A stretch of DNA of 64,000 nt. Origin: Callorhinchus milii (lineage: Eukaryota). The notes beneath the pieces were generated by a model. It was given only the letters and a program-made list of their open reading frames with translations, made no database searches and had not been told where the DNA came from. Below, piece by piece: positions 36,601-48,600 of this stretch (the stretch's first letter is position 1; every line of letters starts with the position of its first letter). The translations under genes and the position numbers were made by a program. The stretch lies in contig NW_024704742.1 in NCBI RefSeq assembly GCF_018977255.1, forward strand, positions 12,340,001 to 12,404,000, written 5' to 3'.

Positions 36601-39600
36601 CCCTATGACTCATGCTATGTTGCATTTTTTTCAAACTGACATTATTACTGCCCATATCCTTAAAACCTCAATAACTTTTATATTTATATAGCACCCTTCA
36701 CACAGGCTCTTGGAGAGCTTAAAATCCATGTCTATTTGTGTATTATCCATATATCCTTCGTAATAACCTCAGAGTATAAAATGTGTGTGTTCGGTTGATA
36801 AATGCTTACCTCAATTTTGCAAACTGATCACTAAAAAGTAAAGACCACATTATTCAAATGTCAATTAAATGAAGGATGCATTAATTCAATACAGCACTGT
36901 TTCAATGAATTATTCAATAAGTGAGTCGCTTTAAGAATTACATGCCTTGAATATAAAGATAATCTGCAGGAGAAATTAAATTTAGCCTTAATGCAATTTT
37001 AATATAGAAACAAAGATCACAAAAGGATTTGGATAAAGAAGGTCCTTCAGTCCATTTATTCTCAATCTGTTCAGAGCACCAATAACACCATCCTCCTATT
37101 ATGTCATGCAATTTCTCAAATTAATTAAATGCCTTGGTCTCAAATTGTTCTTCATGTGTCTGCCTCGCTCAGTTTTAGCGCTATTGGTCTGCTCCACGTC
37201 CCCCGCCCCAACCGCCCTACCATCGGTGGTCGGGCCTTCAGCCTCTCAGCCCCCAGGCTCTGGAACTCTATCCCCCAGTGCCTTCGCCGCCTCCTCCCTT
37301 TCCTCCTTCAAGGCCGGTCTCAAAACCTTTCTCTTTGACCGTGCCTTCAGCTCCCCTCTCGACTCTCTTCCCCCTCCTCGCTCCCTCCCTTCCCTCCCCT
37401 CACCCTGACCATTTCCCCCATCCTTGCTCCCTCCCTTCCCTCCCCTCACCCTGACCATTTCCCCCCTCCTCGCTCCCTCCCTCCCCTCACCCTGACCATT
37501 TCCCCCCTGCTCGGGTCATGACCCAACTGTGCAGCGCCTTGGGACGTCCTCCTGACGTGAAAGGCGCTTTATAAATGGAATCTTGTTGTTGTTGTTGTTG
37601 TTGTTATTGCTTTCGAAGGTTACTCCACATGTGGATTTTGAGCAAATGGTCGAGTTTGACACTCTATTGCAGTGTTGAGGAAGGTGCTGCTTTTTCAGAG
37701 GTGCTGTCCTTCAGATGAGATATTAGTCTGACGTCCCATCTGCCTTTTGAGGTGGATGTTAAAGTTCCCATAGCACTATTCAAAAAGGGAAGGGTGTTTC
37801 TCCCTATGCCCTGACCAACAATCCCCAGATAAAAAAACGTCATTCACTTCATAGCAGTTCATGGACCGTACAAAAGTCACTAAACTTTTCAGAAAACATT
37901 GTGAAGACTTTGAGCCGTTTCAATTCAATAGGATGCAATATCAAATGCAACTTTTATTATTACTCCTGATAATTTCTTCCAGCCATTGATTACATCTCTG
38001 TAAAGAATTACAGTGTAGCCTTGTTATAGTGCACTTCATCATAGTGCAAGTTCAGTTGTGACATTGGTTGACTGTATTCACTCCATATGTGGACAACTGG
38101 CCCATTGCTTCCTGCAGGCCAGTCAGATAGTCCTGGTTACTGAGTTGCCATTGACATCATGTTGATGGTGACCAGATGAATTGGAAATCAGATGTTTTGC
38201 TTTTAGTGCAGGAACTGGTCGATGCACAAAGAGCGAGTCTGCTTCATGAACATTCAAACCCACTATCGCATCTTGTTACAGCATGGGTTGGGATTTTATG
38301 AATCCAAACCCTGCTTAGAACAGGGCTCCACTATACTTCTTGGCTTTCTACCTATAATTTGCCTTCACCTTCACAACCCTGAACCTGTTTTCTCTTGTCC
38401 TTGGTGTACAAGGCAAAATTGGTCTGTGTTATTTTCTCTGTCCTATTATCCATCTTGAAAACCTTTCTAACATGCTCTCTGATATGCCTTTTTTAGACAT
38501 TCCTCACAGCAGTCATCAGAATGTTTGGAGCTGTATCCAATGATGGTTATTCCCTGGATCTTCAAAATTTCCTTTCATTCCATTACAGTACAGCACATTA
38601 TTCATGTCTGGTTGGAGTTATTCATCTCTGACCAGGATCTCTCCATCCTTCTCTTTAGCCTATTTTATCTGTACTCACAACTATATTGTGTTTCATCCAC
38701 AAACATACACAGTAAATCATACAAAGCACTTTGAGACATCCTCCTGATGTGAAATATGTTATATTAAATGCAAGTGTTGATCTTATTATAATGTATCTAC
38801 ATGTTTGCTAATTGTTCACTTTGCACAAGCAATTTTTCTAATGGAAGATCCAAGAGGCAATATTGAGTGAGCGGTGAAGATCTTTCTGACTAATGCAAAA
38901 ATTCAGTTAGTGTGAACACTAACCTCTGGTTCTGTAAAATAAGCCAAGAATAAGCATGGGGTGCCATTTCTCATGGAGTCCTGTAGCTCAGTGGTTAGAG
39001 AACTTGCCTCACAAGTGAGACACCTGGGTTCTATTCCCTGGCAGAACGAGACATTGGACAAGTTTCCTTACTCTACTCGCCTCTGTTTACCTAGCAGTAA
39101 GTAGGAACCCGGTTGTTAGTCGTGATTGCCGCATTTTGCCCACAAGCTATACAGTCAATTGACTTTACAGTATAACCTGTGAAGCACTCTCGAAAACATG
39201 ACAAGGCTCTATATTCAAATGCAAGGATTTTTTGATTATTTCACACAAACGCATAGTATTGATTTTATTTACATTGACAGGGAAATATAAATTCTAGTGA
39301 TTGGAAGTAGCATCACTATCCACGGAGTTAATGAACACCAAGGGATTTCTATGAATTGTAAACAAGAAAGATGGGCTGAAGTGTAGAGTCAAAGTGACAG
39401 AATATTAGTAGTAGAGCTGCACGGTGTTTATAAAACCATATTACTATTGTCTTATATATTTATCTGAAATGTCTCAACAAATCTTTCTAATTAATGTTGG
39501 ATGCGTTTTACAAGGTAATTTACTTTGTATTTTGTTGACAGATCTTCTAACTGGAAAGTAAAACATTTTTTAATTTGTTTGTACTTTACAGCAATAGCCT

Positions 39601-42600
39601 TCAATATTGATGCTAAGAGCCATCATTTAACTGTGTTTATTTGCAGCGACTTCAAAACACAACAGATATATTACAGAACATGACAGGAAGAAACGTAACA
39701 GACTATCTTGTGAAAACATATGAAGAATTCTACAAAATAAGGTATGAAAATTGACATGAAAAGCACAGTGTTATTCTTGGAAACATTAAGATGAATAACC
39801 TGCTGAGTTGCTATACAAGTTGACATTGCTGCTTTCTTTTACCGTATGCTATTATTTTTTGTGTGAAGTTGTTGGATTACATTGTAATATGTAACTCAGG
39901 TGTGCTTCAGGATGACACCCAACTGTACCTCTTTGCCTCCACCCTTCACTCCAGGACCACTGCTGCCCTGACAGAATGTCTGTCAGACATCAAGTCCTGG
40001 ATGAGAGCTAACTTATTTCAGTTGAATGTCAACAAGACCGAGGCTCTCCTGATTGGCTCCCGTCAGCGCCTCCACACCTCAGGCGCTGACAGCATCACCA
40101 TCCATGGTTGCACATTCCACCTCACTGAGCCAGTCCGGAACCTTGGCATTGTGTTTGACACTCAACTATTCTTTCTACCTCACGTCCGTGCCATGACCCA
40201 CTCCTCCTTCCTCCACCTCCGCAACATCTCCCGGCTCCAGCACTGTCTCACACCATAGGCTGCCGAAATCCTAATGTACGCATTTGTTACATCAAGGCTT
40301 GACTATGCAAACTCCCTGTTTGTCGGCCTCCGCAACTCCTCCTTCCATAGGCTGCAAATCATTCAGAACTCTGCAGCCCGTGTCCTCTCCCGCACTAGGC
40401 TCCATGACTCTATCACCCCCATCCTCACCTGACTCCATGGCTTCCCATCACACGGAGAATACAGGCCACTGGCACTCTGCCCCCACCCTCTGAAACTCCA
40501 TCCTGCAGTCCCTCCGCCTCGCCCTCTCCCTTGCCTCCTTCAAGACCCATCTCAAGACCCTCCTCTTCAACCATGCTTTTGATCACCCAGCTTCCCCCCC
40601 TGCCCTCCACCCTCACTAATCCGAACCCAGCTCAGGTCCAAAACTCTGATTGTCCACTGCCTTGAGACATCCTCTTGATGTGAAAGGCGCTATACAAATG
40701 TAATTTTGTTGTTGTTGTTTCGGCCCTGAAGGTATGGAGGGATTTCAGTTGGGGAAGTGAACTCACAAGCTGAGATTAACAAAAGCATCATTGCTGCCAA
40801 CCTTCTGCAACTTTCAGAGATGTTTAATGTGTCTCAGGTAAAACATTTAAGTAAATATGTGTAAATATTGTGAAAGATTATATGAAATGTACTGTGACTG
40901 CAAAAAAGGATTCGGAAAAATAAGAAGAAAACAACACAAGTGTGGTATCATGTCGCCCGCAAAATATACAGTCAATTCACTTTACAGCATATTCTGTGAA
41001 GGGCTTTGAGACATTTAGAAGAAGTGAAAAGTGCTATACCAAATGCAAGGATTATTATATAACATGAAATAAAATCCCAACTGCTAGCCATCCACTGTAA
41101 ACCAATTAACTTCTCTTCAGGTAAACTACATGAGCACACGTGACAGTGTATCAAAGTATGTGACGCGGCTTCAAAACAGAAGCGGTGACATGGGCTCATT
41201 TGAGCTCATTGTCTGGGGTGACACTTCAATCATTACAACAACAACTTGCATTTATATAGTGCCTCTCACGCAGGTTACCGTCCTAGAGCTTGACATTGGC
41301 AGAGCACGATGGTGAGTTCATAGGCACAGTCGAATAGGAAGGTCTTCAGGCACGACTTGAAGATTGGGAAGAAAGGGTAAGGTGGAGGGATTGAGGAAGA
41401 GTGTTCCAGAGTTTCAGAGCTTAGTGGCTGAAAGCAGGCCCACCATGGTGGAACATAGGGCATGAGGACCATGCAGAAGGCCGGAACCAGTTGAGCAGAG
41501 GCAGTGGGTTGTGGGGTAAGCAGGTCGGAGAGGTAGAGAGGGCATGAAGGGATTTGAAAACATGTGTGAGGATCTCAAAATTGATCCATCTGGTGTGATG
41601 GAGGTATGGAGTTTAGTGCAGGTGAGTATGCGGGCGGCGGAGTTTTGGATCAGCTGGATCCTGTGCATGGTGGAGCTAGGGAGATTGGCCAAGAGGGCAT
41701 TAAACTTGAATTGCCAGTAGTGTCATCCTTCAGTTGAGACATTACCCGAGGACCTATTGCCTATTCCATGGATACAAAAGATCCCACAGCACTATTCGAA
41801 TAAAGAAGGAAGTCCCATCACGATGACCTGGTCAACAATCCTCCAGACAAACAAAAGTTAATCATTTACTCTGTGGCTGTTTGTGGGACATGGCTGCTTG
41901 CCATATCTGGCTGCAAATACATAACTGCTATACTTTACAGTAAATCCTGTGAAGTAATTTGAGGTATTTCCGTAACATGATAAGGCATTATGAAATGCAA
42001 GGAGTATTACTATTATTATCTTAGAACAAAGAAAGTTGTGGGCTCAAGCTCATGGTCCAGGCTGATGGAAGAGGTATTTCAAAACAGATTTTGACCTAGT
42101 TCCTTACTTAAGCAACATATTTATGGAGATAACAATTTTGACTCCTGATTCATATTCAATTTTTTTTCATGGCATAGCATGCATAACATTTTTATTTTAT
42201 ATGCTCTTTATTTATTTTTTATGCACATTTTTATTAATGGCTCTGAGGAGAATGACCAGTGAAGACAATTCACTAGCAGTCAGTATGGCCAGACTGTAGA
42301 GATGTCTAAAATCAGGCAGGTAGAGTTGCTATCAGACACTGATTGTGACTGCAGTACATACATGATAATTAAGCAGCATCCCATCCAGTTTAATAATAAT
42401 GGTGAAGCTGTCCAGTTGTATTGGGAGGTGACTTAAGGCAGAAGGGATTAGATGAACTGATTAATTATTCTTCTAGTGCTCAGTCAATGTTCTCAACATT
42501 TTAAGTAAATCAGAATTAGACAGCAATACTCTAACTAGAAATGAATGTGATGTTGTTTAGCAGTGCTTTATTGTGCAGATTGGAGGAGGAAATTCTCCTC

Positions 42601-45600
42601 ACTTTCAGTTATTTCCCTCCAACCTGGTTCCAAACAAGGTCTGAAGCAGAGAGGGCTGAGGGTTATGCTTCCAGCTGAGCATTAGAAGAAAGACTTTGCC
42701 AAGACATTCATCAATGGCAGAAGATTGAAAAGGAGAGTGAAATGAAGAAGGCCCTTTGGCTCATATTTAATGAATCTCATATCTTAGCCTCAACTAAACC
42801 TCTTGGTAACCCATTCTTTTCCAGCACTTTATTATCCTCTGTGAAAGGAAATGCTTCCTCGTATATATCCGAGACATACCCTTTACATTTCAAACTTGTT
42901 TCCTCTCTTTCGGTATCCTTTTTGTATCTGAAAGTATTTTCAGGACACTCTGTCAGGTGACTGAGGATTCCGAAGGATAGGAGTCTGACTCTCGTAATGT
43001 TTCTAGTCTCCCTGTGATAAAGGAATAATAATAGTAATAATAATCCTTGCATTTGATATAGTGCCTTATCACATCTTCTAGATGTCTCAAAATGCTTCAC
43101 AGAATAAATGTAAAATGAATTGACTTGACTGTACATTTTGTGGGTGGAATGCAACAAACACAACAACAAAATTATATTTATATAGCGCCTTTCACGTCCG
43201 GGAGGACGTCCCAAGTTGCTGGACCGACAGAGTTTCGGACCCGAGCTGAGGGTCGGAGTGGGAGAGGGGGAGGGCAGGGGGTAAGTAAGGAGGTCGAAAG
43301 CACGGTTGAAGAGGAGAATCTTGAGGTGGGTCTTGAAGGTGGTGAGGGAGGGGGTGAGACAGAGGGACTGTGGGATGGAGTTCCAGAGGGTGGGTGCAGA
43401 GTGGCAAAAAGCCCACTATCAGCGGGCAAGCAAGTCGGAGCACGTGAAGTAGGCCAGAGCCCACTGAGCGGAGGGAGCAAACAGGATGGTAGGGGGTTAG
43501 GAGGTCGGAGAGATAGGGGGGAGCAAGACCATGGAGGGCTTTGAAGGTGAGGACCAGGATTTTGAACTGTATCCTCTGTGTGATGGGAAGCCAGTGGAGT
43601 TGGACAAGGATGGGGCTGATAGGGTCGCAGAGCCTATTGGAGGAGAGGACACGGGCTGCAGAGTTCTGGATGATTTACAGCCTGTGGAGGGAAGATTTGG
43701 GAAGGCCGACAAGCAGTGAATTTGCATAGTCAAGCCTCGATGTAATGAAAGCGTGCATGAGGGTTTTGGCGGCCTGTGGTGTGAGACAGTGTCGGAGCCG
43801 GGCGACGTTGCAGAGGTGGGGAAGGCAGAAGCATGATTGTTGGGTAGAAAGGATAGTTGAGGGTCGAACAAGACCCCAAGGTTCCGGACTGGCTTAGTAA
43901 GGTGGAGTTTGCAACCATGGATGGTGATGCTGTCAGCGCCTGAGGTGAGGAGGCATTGACGGGAGCCAATCAGGAGAGCCTCGGTCTTGTTGACATTCAA
44001 CTGAAGAAAGTTAGTTCTCATCCAGGACTTGATGTCTGACTGATGTCAGCACAGCTGTGGTCCTGGAGTCAAGGGTGTAGGCAGAGAGGTAGAGTTGGGT
44101 GTCATCCGCACACATGTGGAAGTTGACCCCATGTCTGCGGATGATGGCACCAAGAGGGAGCATGTAGATATTGAAGAGGAGGGGACCAAGGACAGAGCCC
44201 TGAGGAACGCCGCACGAGACTGTCCGGGGGCTACAGGAGAAACCGTTTGAGGAGATGAAGTGTGAGAGGTTCGATCTGAACCAATAAAGGACAACGCTAT
44301 AGAGGCTGAGGTGAGAGCAGAAGCGATGGATGAGGATAGAGTGGTCGACAGTGTTGAAAGCAGGAGAGAGGTCAACGAGGACGAGGAGGCAGAGGGAGCC
44401 CTGGTTGCAGATGAACAGAATGTCATTTGTCACTTTGACCAGGGTGGTTTCTGTGCTGTGGGCAGCACGGAAGCCCGAATGGAGGGGTTCAAGAAGGGAG
44501 TGGCAGGAGAGGAAGGAGCGAAGCTGAGAAGCAACAAATGCAGCAACCAATTTTGCACATCAGTGTCCCACAAACAGGCGTGGATTGAGTGACTAATTTT
44601 TTTTGTCCTTGCATTCGACGTAAGAGCCTTATCATGTTGTTGAGATGTCTTAAAGCACTTCACAGGATTTTACTTTTAAAGTGTGGTGACTGCATATTTT
44701 GGAGGTAAACACAGCAGCCAATTTGCACACAGCAATGTCCCACAAATAGCCATAAGTCTGGAAATACATAATTACAACACTTGACAGTAAATCCTGTGTA
44801 TCTCTTTAAGTGCTCCAAGCTGTGACCCCGGTATAAATGCAAGTTGGTGTTGTGAAGTGAATGAAAGGGAGTCACGGCAGTCACAGCAATCTCCCAACAT
44901 GCAAAGCACTATACCAATTAGAAGGATTATTATTATTTATTATTTGTGCTCTGGGACACTACCCCGCGTGAAGGGCTCTATACAAATGCAAGTTGTTGTT
45001 GTGTTAGGTGGAAACCTAGAACTGTTATTATTAGGTGGAAATCTAGGGGCAAACGGTTTTGAAAAATAGTTGTTATAAAATTTTACTGACAAGTTGCAAA
45101 ATGCCATTATTTTTTCAGAGTGACAAAAAACTTCTTCAAAATGCTGAAATTCTGATGGAAAAACTTGTTGTAAAGGACAATGTAAAGGTAGGAAGAGTCT
45201 GAATGTCTGAGGTGTTTCAAAGCAACAATAAGGTACTGCTGGATAAGTGGCATCAACTCCATACCAAGAGATCATGGAAGAGATCCATACCAAGAGATCA
45301 CCCCTGCGTAGGATTGGGGTGGTGGGGGGGAGAAAATGTCAGGTCTCATAATTATCGTCAGGAGGATGGAGGAGAAACCGAAAACTCAGACTGTCCCACC
45401 CTAAGCGCTTTGAGACATCTCAAAGACTTAATAAAGTGCTATATCAAATGCAAAGATTATTGTATATATTATCCTTCTGGCTGGAGGTTAACCCATGCCA
45501 GATAGCAGACTCGAAAAGAAAAGAGAAAACAGAGTGTATCAATGCAAAGATCCAGTTATATTCTTTTAATGGAAAACTATGGGAGCAGAAGGTTGGGGAA

Positions 45601-48600
45601 AGTGTATCCGGACAGGATGACTCTTGCTTTCCCATTCTTTTCAATCTGTGCAGAAAATATAATGCCACAAACTTCCTTCATGTAGAAAATACTTCACTCA
45701 CTTTTATATTTTAAAAAAACTACCAATGAATTTACGCCAAAAAAAATCATAAATGATGTATATGACTTCAGTTCTGGGAGAAAACTGAAATACTGGAAAT
45801 CCACAATAAGATCAGCATACCAAAAGAAAATCAGAGCATTATCCATCATAAATGGGCATCAATATTTTCTTCTATTATCACTGGACTCTGTCCTTGTGCT
45901 TGATTTGTACAATAACTTTATGATAGTCAAATAATTCTCAAATTGGGCTAACAATATCAGACATATTATTTCATGTCAGACCTAGTGAATGAAGCATTGC
46001 ATATTTACAGAGTGCAAATAATGTACAGCACAGAAAAAGGCCACAAAACCCAACCAGTCTATGTCAGTAGTTATATCCCACAAGAGTCTTCACCCATTCC
46101 TTACTCCCTCTCATATTTGATTGCTCCAGGACGCTACCCTGCGTGAAGGCTCTATATAAATGCAATTTGTTGATCGCGCTTGCCCTCTTCTTTCACACAG
46201 TTGTAGAGTGAAGTGAAGGTTCAATACCTTTAATACTAAACTATTTTTATCACATAGATTTTGCACTCATTTGTATGGAGCCAATTATTTACAACACTCA
46301 ACAATTAACATCATCTGAGTACTTTAATAATACTAATAATCCTTGCATTTGATATAGCATTTTTCACATCTTCCAGATGCCTCAAAGCGCTTCACAGAAT
46401 ATACTGTAAAGCAAATTGACTGTATATTTGTGGGTGAAGCATGGCAGACAATTGCACACAGCAGTGTCCCACAGTTCTTTTGATATTGTAATTCCAGAAT
46501 ACCAATCTTACCCTTGTTTTCTTACATGAGCCCAATGTCCTGACATACACTACTACTAATAGTATTAGGAATAATAGTAATCGTTACATTAGGTATAGCA
46601 CCTTTCATGTCGGGAGGATATCCCAAAGCGCGCCCCAAAGCGCTTCACAAGGTATACCATAAAGTCAGTGACTGTTTTGTGGGGAAAGCAAATCTTCCTG
46701 ATGACCTTTCGCCCACAAAATACACATTTTACTACACTTTACAGTATATTCTGTAAAACACTTTGAGACGTCTCAACAACGTGATAAGGCACTATGTCAC
46801 TATGCAAGGAGTATTATTAGCAGTATTATTTATTACTTGTTCCATATATTGAGCCCCTCTTTAAAGAAGCGCTGCTAGTATTTGTCTGAAAATTGCTCCT
46901 TCACGTACTGCCACCTGACAATAAATCCAATCTTTTGCTTAAAAACTGCTGAATGGTACTTCTGAAATTTCAAGGGATATCCAACTACTCTTTTGCAAAA
47001 TATATCAAAGTTGGTAGCTGTTGTCCATTTATCTTCGTGCTTTATTCTCACTTCTAACATATAAAATCGTTTATTCAGAAAATCCTTACATCACAGTAAT
47101 ATGTCATATTTTTCCCATTAGCAATTAGTCTGTAATAGCCCCAGTGACAAGTCTTTCGGGGTATATTGTTTCCCTATTCTGCTCCAGGTTTGGTTTTATA
47201 ACAAAGGATGGCACGCAATGGTTTCATTCATTAATGTGGCAAGCAATGCAATTCTCCGTGGCAATTTACAGCCTGGCAAAGATCCGAGAGATTACGGCAT
47301 CACTACCTACAACCATCCTTTGAATCTGACAAAGGTGCAGCTGACTGACGCAACTTTGTGAGTACAAATTGCAAATAATTATCATTACACCTGCAGAGCA
47401 AATGGGATTTGTTAACAGGTTACGTTAGTGCCATCTTGAGGCTGAAATCTGCCATCAACTTATTTCAGTTTTCGATCCCGGCAGCCTTGATTCGCACTAA
47501 AGTCTGCTTTACGCGAGTAATATTTCTGATTTTCTCTCTGTACATTTTAAAATATATATATTTCTTGCTATTATAGCACTATATTGCCTCCCAAGTAATC
47601 AAAAACATAGTATGGTCTGAATCCATCTAAGTTACAATTAATGATTCGGTGCATGACAAATTCAGCATGTGCCTGCTGATTCTTTCCAACAGTGCATTGA
47701 ATTTTGTCCAGCAGTTAATGTCTGTTTAACAAATGCTTTAGAACTAAACTGGATGGTGATCTGCATAATGAAATCTACATTGAAAATAATTAGACTGTTT
47801 TAAAGGAATATTATCCTGCTCCTTAATTAAACAGTCCATTACCTGGGTCTGAGTAAAAGATCATACTACTTGTGGGTCTGGGTGATTAGAAGATCACAAA
47901 AAAGGTTTGGACCCCCTCTCTCTCCCACTCTGCCTTCAAACCTGAAGCTGTGGGAAGCTCTTTGAGATATCTTCCCAATGGAATGACGTTTTATGAAAGT
48001 GAAATTAGTTATTGAATTCTTCAAAGTATTGATTCTACCCTACAAGCCAAAGCCTGAATGGGTAGGATGGTCCGAGCTGGACAAGTAATGGAAAAGCTTG
48101 ACGGACATTGCTTTCAATGGCAAGCTATGGGGCTTTAATTGGTAAAACTCCAGCGGTTACCCCCAGTGCACATTCCAGGTCCTTGAGCCTTGGCTGTTGA
48201 CAGTGTGTGCCTAATACTCCCCGGAATTAGGTTAACCGGATTTGTCAAATTTTCACATACAAGCGGGATGCATATAATTCTGTTTGTTTTGGATACTCTT
48301 AAGCACGATGATGGGTTTCTGTATGTGTCAAACATCCAGCCGAGCAAACAAAAAGAATCCAGTTTGATTTTATGACACTAGCTTTGTCATGTTATGAATT
48401 GTTGTTTTGTTGAATTGATTTGAATATAACTTTTCTCGTGTGTATTTCTTCTTTCTTTATCCAGTTCTACCACTTCTGCAGATGTTGTGGTTTCCATCTG
48501 TGTTATATTCGCGATGTCGTTTATTCCTGCCAGCTTTGTGCTCTTCCTGATCCAGGAGCGTGTCTCTAAAGCCAAGCACCTGCAGCTTGTCAGTGGTGTC

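Noticed and set aside
42777..43214. 145-aa minus-strand ORF
   Set aside because: Mosaic of L2 tail, SINE tail and unique sequence with no recognisable domain.
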